A stretch of 64,000 nt of DNA, taken from Massalongia carnosa. Taxonomy: Eukaryota. The position numbers were made by a program, and so were the translations under genes. This document shows positions 1 through 12,240 of the stretch, piece after piece (positions within the stretch are counted from its first letter, which is position 1; each line of letters begins with the position of its first letter). Under the pieces are notes generated by a model that was not told the origin of the DNA, did not search any database, and saw only the letters and a program-made list of their open reading frames with translations. The DNA lies in NCBI GenBank assembly GCA_965645245.1, contig OZ287067.1:558001-622000 (forward strand), in the 5' to 3' direction.

Positions 1-1159
1 ATATCTAAGAATGCAACTCATCGTAGCGGCCCTGCGTTAGAGAAGAGGGAGGTTCAGAAGGGGAGGGGTGAGACTAGGAATTCATGTCCTTCTATCCTGC
101 TTTCTCCTTTGCTGGTAAACGGGGAGGTTATATACCGCTGTACCTATATACCTACATAAAATAGTGTCTACGAACCTAGGTACCTATGTAGTTTCCCTGC
201 CCTGTCTCTTTCTGGGAACCAAACTTTTTGCAGATTACCTACTTACTACTACTTTAGACGGTGCGGGAAGAGTCGAGAAGAGGGCTTGTGGTAAGTAGGC
301 TGTTGGTTATAGTCTGCTTCAGCGGGATGGGGTGGATGGAATGGAACGGAACGGAAATAGAAATGGGGAAATGGAATTTAAGAGAAGAGATATTCTTCAC
401 TAAGACATATGTATCACCAGTGAAAAAGGAACGTCTCTCGTATGTATAAGTAGCTACGTAGGTTAATTTTATGTTTACGTTATAGGTAAGTAGGTATGGC
501 AAGAATACCAAATGGATGAATGAATAAATGGAACGGATAACACGAGCAAGCGAAAAGAAGAGAACGGAGAAACTTTGCGCGTTCTGGGTTTGGAAACGAA
601 CGGAATTTAAGAGTTGGTGTTTTTTGCACGGAGGGGTTATAAGCGGGTTTAGTGGAGATTAGGAGTGGTAGATGAGTATGTAGGTAGGAGATGCTAGGTT
701 GGGGTGAGAGAACCTAGAGATAGGGAGGAAGGAGGAGAAGGAGAAATGGGGTGAAAAATGTATTGAATGTAGTATTTAGCGGCAGAGGTCGATGTTTCAG
801 GGTATAGAAAGAAAATGCAAGGCATTTGGCAGCGGGTTCGAGAGCACAATGGCCTGATTCCATTGTAAGGTATGATATACGTATACACTGAACTATTGTT
901 TGGGTTAGAAAATCAGTGAACCCCACAGTGTGTTTTGACAAATAGTTATAGATACAGGAAGATTCTGCGGGACGAGCGAATGAGGAGGTTGGAGCGAAGA
1001 TGCTGGGTTTGGAGGGATTGACTGGAAGTTGATAGGGGTTTAGGTTGATATTGTGGAAGAACTCGAGTTCTGAAACGATTTCGAGGAGGCATGAACAGGG
1101 TTTCCTATTTATACTGCTGGTTGGTGTGACGAGGGGAATGATTCCCCTGGGAGATCTGG

Positions 1160-1878
1160 TTAGAAGAGGGCTCGCCGCGTGATCTGCAGCAGAGATTGCA
1201 AACAAGTCAGTCTTAGAAACCAACCCTTTCTTCCTCAAAAGCGCTCCGAAAAATTGATAAACTCACCGCCCACGCTCCCGCTGCCCCGGCCACCAGCCCG
1301 CCGGAAATCAACATCGGCCGTAGTCCCCGCGTACTCTTGAACAGCATCCCGCTCAACGCGCCCGCCACTACCGAGTTCACACTATCGTGCCTCCCTCTCC
1401 AATGCCCAATCGTCGAGTTTAGCCCGTTATAAACCATGGCAATCACGCCCGCCGAGTTCCCCAAAAACGGACCTCGTCTCGTCACGCTGTTCAGCACGCT
1501 GTTCAATCTCAACTTCGGCGGCGCGCTCGGCGGTAGCCGGTTCAGACCCTCGATCATGCCCCATGCGCCACCGAGAGTCAGGGCCGAGAGATAGGTGACG
1601 CCGGTGCCGTAGCAGAGATCGTCGGACCAGCCGCGGGAGGGGAGCGCCGACTGCGAGCCAGGAAGGTCGTTCAGTGTACTTTCTTCGAGGGTGAGATAGG
1701 AGAGTGTAGAAGGGTTGAGGCCGGCGAGGGGGTGTAATTGGGAGGGGTCGGGGAGTGAGTCGGGGGAGAGGAAGGAGGAGACGTCGGTTGCGGTTGTAGG
1801 GTCGAAGGGGGGGGGTTCGAAGGAGGAGTGAGTGGAGGAGGAAGAACGGCGGCCGGTAAGGGTATCCCAGAATGACAT
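1160..1878 (-). CDS. TIM23: Mitochondrial inner membrane translocase subunit Tim23
   Basis: Motifs LPSRGWSDDLCYGTG, LRLNSVLNSVTRRGPFLGNSAG, GALSGMLFKSTRG. Exon 1 1878-1267, GTGAGT...CTGAC...GCAG intron 1266-1184, exon 2 encodes ITRRALF-stop. Confidence 0.96.
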
Positions 1879-2040
1879 CTTGTAGATTTGGATAAGGCGG
1901 ACGATAATTAAGGGACGATTTATGAGAGGAGAAATGGCAAGCTGAGCTTGAGGCGGCCAGAAAAAAAGTCGGCTAGTGACTCACTATACGGAGTACAAGG
2001 TACTCGGCAAAATTTCTTCGGATAGAAAGCGGCTTTTGAG

Positions 2041-2078
2041 ATCACGGGGCTGCTATCACGGGGCTTCTATCACGTGAT
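2041..2078. promoter_or_regulatory. Three ATCACG units at 14-bp period ending in palindromic E-box ATCACGTGAT
   Basis: ATCACGGGGC at 2041 and 2055, ATCACGTGAT at 2069, in the TIM23/THADA divergent intergenic region; resembles bHLH (Cbf1/SREBP-type) sites. Confidence 0.45.
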
Positions 2079-2174
2079 TACCCTATGTCACATATCTTTA
2101 CGTGGTTCGTTTATCGGCTTCTCTTCGTCTCATTCTCAAGGATACCCTACAGAGCACACTCATTCTCGCTGGGA

Positions 2175-5100
2175 ATGGACTTGCTTCCACCAGCTGTAAT
2201 TCCAATACTAATGAAGAGGGATGTACAATCGAAATTGCATGTGAAGGACCTCCTATCAGAATCAGACTTACGAGAGCTTAATAAAAGTCTCGCTACTCTA
2301 ATTCCCAAAACAAATGCATCTCTTGAGGGACAGGCCTTTCAGTAGGGCTCCTTGGCCTTTAATACGGAGGGTCCCGCTCATCTAGTTCAAAGGTATCTGG
2401 AACACACTTTTCGGAAAGCTCTACAGACAGCTAGATCAGCGAAGCTCTCCTTGACACATGGTGGGGCGGTCTGGAGCTTCCTGTCTGGTTTCCTGGAGCT
2501 AGGCAGTTTGTCGACAGATCAGAGCCTTAGAGATGTTTGTCTATCTTCTTCGACTTGGGTCGAAATTTTCGAGCTGTATCTTTCGAGGTCTCAGAATGCA
2601 AAACCCAAGCCGGCGAAACAGGTTCTACTTACGTTGACGAAACTACTTTCGAAACTATCTGACAAAGCTGTGCGAGAACATCTGAAAGATTATGTTATTG
2701 GTTCGACGGTCACGATTGTTTGCGAACACGGCGAGAGTTCCTCTGTCAAACCTGCTTTTCAAGTCTTGGAGCATTTTCTCCGTAAAGAAGTCTTTAATTC
2801 TTCCGATATCATTTCTGAGATGGCAAGAATGAGCCTTGCTCTAGGAAATTTTAACTCGTCCAAAGATTGCTCAGCAGCACTACGTTCATCCTTTTTATCA
2901 TCTCTTTCGCCACTACAGTACTTAAGTTTTGTTAAATCATTTGCTTCAAGTGTCCTTAGACGAGTACGGTTTCCTGATATTACCCCTGTTGCTAGCCGCC
3001 TACTTCTCTTCTTTTTCAAGCCCGGCCAGCATCCTTTGATTTTGAGGAACGAAGATAAGAGCTCATACTTCAAGCCACCTGTTTGGTTGGTGCCAATTAG
3101 GGAAGCAATCAAGGAGGAACCTGCTTTGCTTGAAATCTGTGAAACATATCTTCTACCCGGTTTGCTTCGACTGAGTTCTGCGGATGCCATGGCTTTTCTT
3201 GATACGTTACCATATGATGACTTAAAAGAAGGGAAGGCAGGGAGCCACCCGGCTAGTGACATCCAATTATGTCTCATGACGTTGAAGATTTGCGTTGATC
3301 CAAGTCTAAGTGAAGCCTCTGGTATGCTTGGGTGGTTACTAGAAAGTGCCCGCACTAGTTCTTCTATTTATCAACTAATAGTTATCTAGACTCGGCATTT
3401 GTTGATCCTCGACGGTATAGCAGATATGATTTAATGTATATCGCACGCGGTTTGCTTGCTCATCCATCACCTACCATACGTATCACTGCGTTTTCCATTC
3501 TTTCAACAAAATTTCCAGAAAGCCTTGATGCTTTACAGCATGCCCTACCAAGCTTACAGGCAGAAGTAGACCCGAAGACTAGGAATGAATTCATTACTAT
3601 AATGCAGAGGTTCTGCAATAGGCTCGAGCATAACCATATCGCTATGACCAAAAATCATCTTCCTGATAAACCAGTGCCTAAGACAGATTTCGTGCACAAA
3701 AGAGAGATAGAGCAGATTACTGAGAATGACTCCGATCTTACGTCCGGACAACTGCTTCGGAGGCCGGTAGCTTTCTCTAAATGGTACATTAGATTCTTAG
3801 TCGAGGAATTGCAGCCTACGGCTTCGTATCAGCGGCATTTTACGGCGCTAAAAATATTAGACTATTTGCTTCAGGTAGGAGTCAACTGCGGTGGCTCAAG
3901 GATACTTTTTGCTCCAGCAAAGATTGTGGATAATAGATTTAACCATGGTCATGAGCAATTCTTTGGGTCTCGGTTCCTACGAGTGCTTATAGATCTCACC
4001 ATGAACCCTTTTGACGATGTTCGTCTTACTGCGAGTTCAATTCTGAAACATGTCCTTTGGAATGTGTATCAATGGGATAATAATCCCAACGCGCCCCGAT
4101 TTATGGACCCAAACATGTCGGAATCACCTCAGTTGCCCCGTCGGACGTCTAATCGTTATGTTTATCATACGCTACGTAAGGCTGAGGATATGATGAATCG
4201 GACTGGGCGGGCAGATCATGCCGATGGCGTTGGCAGGCTTTATAGCCTTGTCTACAATTCCAGCAAAGATCTTTCAATGCCCCATTTGTGGTTCGAGAAC
4301 GAGTGGTCAATACTCGACCATGTTTTGACGGCATTGGAAAATGATATCAAGATTGCCGAAGACGACCTTCGTTCGGCAGTGAAGACTGCTCCGCTACATG
4401 GAAAGCTGGTAGCGTTAAGGTAGTCCCTCTTACCAGCTATACACTAAGCGCCCTGCTTAAATGTGGTCTAGGCATATCATCAACAGTGACGGCTTCCCAC
4501 ACTTATTAGATCTTGACTGGAGTGCTCAAACGGCCGTGGATGATAGAATACTTTGTTGCTGCATGAGAATCTGGGAAGCAGTAAAGGGCGTTTTATGTTT
4601 TGATTCACCTGAAGGCTATGAGCTAGAAGAAGACGAGATTGATCAGTCCGGTGTTGGGACAAAAGACACGCTATCCTTTTGCTGGCGTGCTCTAAAGGAA
4701 TCAAGGTGTGTCTTCATACTACCTCTTCAGCTTCATACTCGGGGTTGACTCATGTCTTCTAGCTCCTTAATGAACGTTTGGGTTACAAGTACTGGCTACA
4801 ATGTGTCATGCCCGAACCATGGAATTCGCTATAAGTATTTCAAAAAGCTGGGGGATCTTGCCTTTACGCAATTGGCGGAGCTTCGTCATCGTGGAGCATT
4901 CTCCACCGTATCTCAAACATTTTATGCTTGCTGCAAAAAGTGTACTGATCCGCAATCTGGCTCCGTCTTAATCCGCCAGCTACCCAAGGACTGGTATCGA
5001 GTAAAACTTAAACTTTCAGTGCGTATGGATTCTGGCTGATGTACTTTAGAGAGCATTAATAATTATCGAAGAAAATGCGTCGGCTCTGACAAGAAGATCG

Positions 5101-7772
5101 GCGGGCATACCGGCTATCATAACTGGCATTCTCAAAGCTTTCCCAACCGGCACATTTTTCGATCATGTCATGCTCGATCTACAAGCCATGGCTGATATTC
5201 CAATTGAAGCATTAGTAGACCTCCAAAATCCTCGGTTGCCTCAAGTTCATGCACTAAACTGCTTAAAAGACGTTTTCACCGATGCATGCTTAGGACCTGC
5301 ATCGGAGGCATATATCTCCGAAACCTTAGAGATTGCTGCAGGCTGCTTGGAGAGTAAACTGTACATCTACCGTGGACAATAGGCTTTAAAAATGCTAATA
5401 TCCAATTAGATGGGCGATTCGGAATTGCGGGCTCATGCTCTTTAGAGCTTTGCTCAGTCGCCTGAACGCTGGAACTGATGTTGCGTCAACAAGAGCATCG
5501 AGCTCTCATCGGCGATTCTCCAAGTTGATCTATGAGAAATATTCCAACCTGCCGAGTTTGATATTGAAGCTATTACGCCAGGGTGATTTAGTATCAATGA
5601 ATATTCGGCAAAACGATGAAGCGTTCACCGATGCGTCATCGCTGCACGCTCAGAAGGTATTTCCAGCGCTAGAGATAATTGAGAGATCTGGAATGCCGAC
5701 GCAACACTCTATGGATATTGACGCAGCTATCCGACACCATATGAAAAGCCCTGTCTGGGCCATACGAGAGAAGGCCGCGAAAGTTCTAGCATATTTAATA
5801 GATGATAAGAATGTCTTGAATCAGATCAAAGTCTTCATCAAGGCCAAGGACTCTTCTCAAAATGCTTTGCATGGGAGGCTTCTTTGTGTGCGCTCTTTAA
5901 TTTGTCGAGTAGGGGTTAATCAGACAGGTAAGTAGCCTGGCCAAACAAGCAGCGTGCCTAGTAACAACTTTCAGATGAACTTCGCGTAGTATTGCTGCTA
6001 ATATTGGACGCTTTTGACACATTCGTTACTCCGAATGTTTGCCCTTTGACGGCTGCAGCTTATTTAGATATCGTTGGTGATGGATTTGAAATATTATTTA
6101 AACAAGATAGTGAGATGATTGTCCCAATTACCATTTACTCAAGCTGACTTGGGAAGAAAATTCTGTAGGAAAAGAGTTTGTTACGAATCTTGAAGCTCGC
6201 TTGCCAGCTCTTTCGCAAAAGCTTTCAGTCCCTCCTCTCAATAGTCCGACAGGCAGACCATCTTTGTCACTCCTTACTCAAGCCGTCGATCGATTTTTGC
6301 ATTATATCAGCCAGGTCTCTGTTTTTTCGAATAAAAATTCGAGGAACAAAACTGGGAGTACCTCCGCGAACTTGGAACTTAACGTCGATTCTTATTCCGT
6401 TCAAGCTCTAAATTCAGACGATGAGGTAGGAGGAATGCTTGAAGCTCAAATAAGACAAATGCAAGATATCGTTGATGAAAATGAATATAAAAGTTCTCCG
6501 CTACAGAGAGGTCCTCACATGATTGATTCTGCAAACACCGCATTCCCCACTATTTCGCCCAAGAATAGATCTTCAAAGGCTAAAATTTCTAGCCTTGATC
6601 CAGCTCTCGACTTGGATGGCCTGAAACGGCATTTAGAAGAAGATCAACTGATTTCGCAGCTGAATCCGCAGCACGATGATGACAGGTTACGTTTAATTGG
6701 AGCAAATGTGGGAGAAGCCTATATAAAAAATCGCGGAGACTTCAAAGTTCGATGCGCGATGGCAGCATGGATTTGTAGACTGTCGCTGGCTGGGGATGAG
6801 CACTCTGTCAGTAAAATGTGTTCGGAAGAAACGCCTAACTAATTTTTCATACAGGATCTCACTACCAGACTTGCAGCAGTGGAGTCAATTGCAGGCTTTA
6901 CGGCTAAACTGCGAAACCAGAGCCTAAGTAATTGGGCTGCTCCGGAGCTTCTAGGCGTGTACTTAGCACTTTATGACATACTTTCAGACGATGATGAAGA
7001 TGTTCGAGATCAAGGAGCCATCGTTGCCTCCACTATAATTTCAGAAACTGCGTTCGAATCGGAATCTCATAAGCCAGGCAGCATAACGTTAATACCTTCT
7101 GCTGCTAGTAACCGACTTCTAGAATATCTGACCTCGAAATACAATGATTCGTCTATCCTGTGGATACACACGGCACGTTGTGTAACCGGAGCAACGCTGA
7201 TATTTAAGCTTGGACCGCCAGAGGCCAAGTTGCAACCCACTGAGATTAACACAGACGGGAAAGTTACGGTGTCATATCTACAGCTTCGTCCAGTTTTCGA
7301 TTTGATCAAAGAAGCCATGCAATTAGATACCGCGCTATTCGCCGAAGAAAAACAAAACCTCTTCTTGGATCCTGTCAGAGAGGCCAAAGCCTGGGCGGAA
7401 GTAATGCTAAGACTTCGCCCTAGATGGATTAACCCTGGTATAATCATTGAACTGGATACTTGGTGTACGGAAGGATTAACAGCGCTTGTTGCGATCTCCG
7501 CGAGTCAAGAAGATGGACCAATAGGGTGGACGTCGAAGCCGGAGGTCTTCACGCTCGGAGTAAGGATCATCTTTGTCACCAAGGTACTAGTATACGGCCG
7601 TGCTTTCGAAAGAGAGAAATCGGATGATCGGAGGAATTTGAACCTGCTGACATTGCTGCGGAGGTTGCTCGAAGTTGGAGAGAAGAATTTACTCCATGGG
7701 CTCTGGCTGCAACACATTGAGGAGACGCTTGATCGGGAGTGTCACACAAGAGAGGGAGTTTCCGACTGCTAA
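2175..7772 (+). CDS. THADA/Trm732-like HEAT-repeat protein (DUF2428), multi-exon
   Basis: Chain of long + strand exons with motifs GRADHADGVGR, SFCWRALKES, LAELRHRGAFS, TRRSAGIP (~5089), PQVHALNCLK, WAIRNCGLMLF, DDDEDVRD, LFAEEKQNLF. Start codon and first intron uncertain. Confidence 0.9.
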
Positions 7773-9357
7773 TGAGGGACGTACGTGAAACAAGCCGGTG
7801 GGTGGGGATGACAACGAGAAACGACAAAAACGACCTCTTAAGTAGTTCATCATTCTTAAAATCCATAGACTGTTCATTCCCGGATACGGGTTTTGTCTCT
7901 GTTGTCCTCGCGGCGCAACTATTTGGCTCCTCTTACTCTCTTGGTCTCATCTCCATACCCATTAAGCAGAATAAACCTGCACTAGATCCCCTCCTTTCAC
8001 CCAAACCCTCCCCCCTCTCCCAAAATCCACGTATCCAGCCTTCGAGTCTTCTAAACCCACACAGACCGAGTGCGCTCACTCCTCACCTACCTTCCCTCCC
8101 CTTCCGCGGTGAGGTAGATGGGTGGATTGGGTTTTGGTTTGCTTAAGAGTGGCTTTAAAAAATAAATATAATAACCTTGATTAGCGTGATTGTCGATTAA
8201 GTACCTTTCTAGATGGCCTTTTTTCAAATCCCTTCCTTTCATTCCCCTCTTTTCTTTCCTCCCTCCTCACTTTGCTTACTTGCCTTATTGCAGAACTCTC
8301 CAAGATCCCCAAAACGGCGGATTTGGTGAGTTTTAGTTGAGAACGGATTTGGCTGGGTTGGATGCGTTGGGTAGTTAGGTAGAGACGCAGAAGCGGACTC
8401 AGCCAGGAAGGAGGAATGGAATAAGGGAAAGAAGAAAGAAGGGAAAAAATATCTTTTCTTGTCATTCCATTTTCCCTGCGTGGCTCGATTGGTGTTTTCG
8501 GTGTCGTTGGGGTTTCGTTTTCTTGTTTCTTTATATGTTTACATATTGTCTGGAGCAAAAAATAGAGAAGGAATTATGAGGGGGGGGTTAAGGATGAGGA
8601 TGAGGATGATGACAACAAACGACAGGAGAGGAGGAGAGGGGAGGAAATGAACAATGGTGAATAAAACGATATGAAAAAGAGAAATAGAGGAGATAATAAC
8701 ATATTTATAACATAACATAATACAACGTCGACGGCGGGGAAAGAGGAGGAGGAAGAGAGAGGAGAAAGAAGCATGCAAGAACCTTCCCTCAGAAAAAGTT
8801 GGGGGGAAAAAAACCCCAGACGAACCGATTTTCCTTCCTATCCACAACCGGAAACGTTGCGGAGCTGCAAAAATTCGCGAGTTTGGTTTGGTAACCAGGT
8901 CAATTTAATTTATCTTATCGTAGCTCACAACATTCCACAACATTTCACAACACATCACCTACTTTCCCCCATCGCCATGCATGCGAACTCGTGGCACGTG
9001 CAGGCAAAGTGCAAACTTCACGTTGAAAAAACGGGACGAATAAGAAGAGAGATAAAGGAAAGATGGAGTTGCAAAAAATGCTTTTGCGTCCCACCAACCT
9101 CCTCCCCCATCTCCCCCCCAACTATTCTAACCAAAGAACCCTCTCACCACCGAAAAAAAACCAACCAAACGACCCCCTCCCCCCGCAAAACAAAACGGCC
9201 CCTCTCCACCGAAAAAAAACCAACCCCCAGACTCTCCCCCGCTGCCACTCCCACTCCCAAGCAAACAAACACAGGCCCAAACACACAAACACAGAAACAA
9301 ACAAACACACACGCACCCAGCGCCCCACCGCAACGCCCCAAGCAGAGCAAAAGAAAC

Positions 9358-9591
9358 TCACGTCGCCGGAGCGGCGACCGCGGGGGCAGCACCCGCAGCC
9401 ACAGGGGCGGCACCAGCAGCCCGTCCCTCCTCTAAAGCAGTGGCCGCTTGCTCAGCCGCCCGCGCGGTGAGCCGACCCGCTTGAAAGACCAGGATGGCCC
9501 GGTGCCAGAGGGCGGTCAGGTAGCGGTAGACGATTGTGCAGAATATCAGTACTGCTAAAAGTATGATGCCGATGGCGAGGGCGGGATTCAT
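9358..9591 (-). CDS. Possible small single-pass membrane protein (77 aa)
   Basis: GC-rich ORF with N-terminal hydrophobic stretch (ALAIGIILLAVLIFCTIVY) and Ala-rich tail within low-complexity flanks; no recognised homology. Confidence 0.35.
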   Translation of the reverse strand: MNPALAIGIILLAVLIFCTIVYRYLTALWHRAILVFQAGRLTARAAEQAATALEEGRAAGAAPVAAGAAPAVAAPAT

Positions 9592-12240
9592 CGCTGGTGA
9601 TCGTTGGTCTTGGAAAAGGGGGAAGAGGGGTTAATTTGGGTGTCTTTGGGTGGAAGGAAGGGAGGAGGAGGGATGTGGAGGGGAGAGGATTTTACTTATG
9701 GTTGGAGATGGAGGTGAGGTTGGGGTAAAGGTGAAGCTTGGTTGGTGGGGCTATGAATTTTTTAGTCTTGTAGCTGTCAGCAGCTTGGCTTTGGTTTCCG
9801 GAATCATGTCTACCCACGTTGAAGGCTTTTGGGGGTTATTGGTGGAGGTGTATAGGTTTGTTATTGTTGGTAGAAAAAGGAATAAGAAGAAATCCCAGTG
9901 GGAATAATATAGAAACATTTAGCCCGGGGTGATCTCCGTGACGATTTAGTCCACCGTGTAGTAACGGTCTCCTATACTGAGGAATTAACATAACAATGTT
10001 GTTGTTATAGTATACATCCATGTCCTTTGGGCGCCGTCGAAACCAGGTCTACGGCGCCGGAGATAAAGTTCGTTGGAATAAGCTGAACAACAGGAAAGGC
10101 ATAGAACATTCCGGGCTTCAGGGTTGGTTTTTTAAATAGAAGTTGGCGTGGATGTTTGTCAACGAACGCCAAGAGCTAGCCGCAACAAAGAACGTGTGAT
10201 TTCAAAAAGCAAACATCTCTCCAATCTGTCAATTTAGTCAAAGAAAGTCGTTCTACAATAAGCAAGAGGATTGGTGTTCCTAGCATACGAAAGAAAGTCA
10301 TCACCCCGTGAAGTGAGTTAGGTGAGAAGTCAAATAGTTTCCTTGATGGAGAAAAAATGGACAAAAGGGAAGAATGGAGGCCCACTACATTCCCATCCAG
10401 ACCACAGGTGACGTTTATCCTCTTATAGATATTAGGAGCTAAGAAGGTTTCACGGAATTTTTGTCCTTGCTTACTCTTGAAATCTTCATCTTCCAATACG
10501 CAGCAAAGCCGGAAATATACCCGACACCTCTCCTTATGGCTTTCTCTCCGAACCCCCGGACGATTTTCTCCTTGTTCGTTTACCACAACGCTCTATACCA
10601 TTTTTGACGATTTTGTCTCGAGATACTAAAGCCTACCTAGACCAATCCCGCTGTTGGCGCCACATAACTGACTCCAAATGTTTTAGCCTTGGAAGTGCAA
10701 GGTGTGAGTATCGCTAATGTGGCCCAGAAGGGGGTTGTTTTCTATCCTGCTACTGCAATGACAAAAGAAACGATCATGATGAGTACGGTAGAAATAGCAC
10801 CGCATCGACGCCTTGGAGCAAAAGTGAAAGGTGAGGTGATTGAAGCAGCTGTACTGGCAACAATAGGAATTGTGGGGGTCATGCTCGTACGGTATATGAA
10901 CCTTAAGAGGCAGAGGAGATCAAGGAGAAAGGCGAACATTGCCATTGCCAAGAGAAATAAGGACGCAGGAAACGAAAAGGACAAAAGACTGAAGCGAAAA
11001 CAAGCCACGGGCACCTATAGAGTTATGAAATCTTAGCCGAGACGAGGAACTCCTTAGGTCAACAAATCATACCCATAAAAATTAATCAATTGGATGAAGC
11101 AGTCGCAACGCAGCCGAGGTTCTGAAGACAAATGGAGTAATGCCAGCCACTGAGAGAGCTCCAAAGGGGAGGGAACTGTCGTTTAAGCTGATGCCCAGCG
11201 ACGAGTAAAAGTAATTAAAAGCAGAGAAGTTACGCAGCTGCCACGAAGATTTTCCAAGGATTGAGGATAACGAATACATGAGGGGAAAAAAGTTTTATGG
11301 TTAGAAGTTCCTTTATTGTAATCCAGCAAGCAAAATAAAGTTCTATCAGTATTTCAAGCAACCGATGCCCTAGTATTTCCAAAAACGATTGACCAGAGAT
11401 ACCTAGAATTTGGTCCCACTGGATCCTCCGGCTCATCTTTAGTATAATAGGAGGTAACAGAAATCGTAAACCAACTCAGGCGATTGAACCATCATTCCTA
11501 GACATTGCGAGCGAGGAAAGTCCCGAGTCGTCGCAAACTCCCTGAATCACCTAGCTCTGTGAGCACAACAGACGGTGATAGGGGCACCTTAGTTGTCCAA
11601 GATAATTGAGGGAATTAAATATCATCGATCGACAAGCAGGATGAATCAGACAAATTCATGGCTTTGGCAGCAGACCGTCCCCGATCGCATCTAGGGCTTT
11701 CCGAATGAAATGAAAGTTCAGCTCTTGAAAAATGGTAGGTTGAGAGCAGGTCTTTGGGCCGAGATTACTGGCAGCTGGTGGTTTAACATTGATTTCTGTC
11801 TCTGCTAAGCATAAGAGCTGCACGACGCTCAGGATCTGGTCAATTAGTATATTTAGACAAATTCTTATTTTCACCTTAGCTAGACAATAGCTAGACGATA
11901 GCTAGGTGATTTCAATTTACGGGATACCTTGTTGATAGGTAAACTCCGCTCTTGAGGCGAGAATGAAGATGTTCTGATATTAGCAAGTCTGTGGTTCGCT
12001 TTCGAAGACACGTCACGTGGTTGATGATCAGGTAGTTAAAGAATCAAGCGGCTGACTAAGGTACAAGGTACCTAACTCAGAACGTCTCTCTTCCAAACCC
12101 TGACCAATGACGATGCATTGCCTTGACATGAAATAAGCTTCGTCACCTTGCCTTGCTTGATCTAAGACGGATTGTATCTTGTCCCAAATTCATGGATTGA
12201 ACTCGTAAGCTACTTACTTCTTCTGTAATATCTAGTCAAT

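Noticed and set aside
200..900. GGAA/TAGG-rich stretch and short ORFs
   Set aside because: Low-complexity intergenic or 3' flanking DNA with no regular unit or coding signal.
2343..2345. In-frame TAG near the start of the THADA-like gene
   Set aside because: Fits a 3' splice site with in-phase GT donors upstream (2223, 2241); an intron is more likely than a nonsense mutation.
8400..9470. Multiple overlapping ORFs including 8773-9435 (220 aa)
   Set aside because: Arise from A/C-rich and purine-rich low-complexity sequence; no domain-like content.
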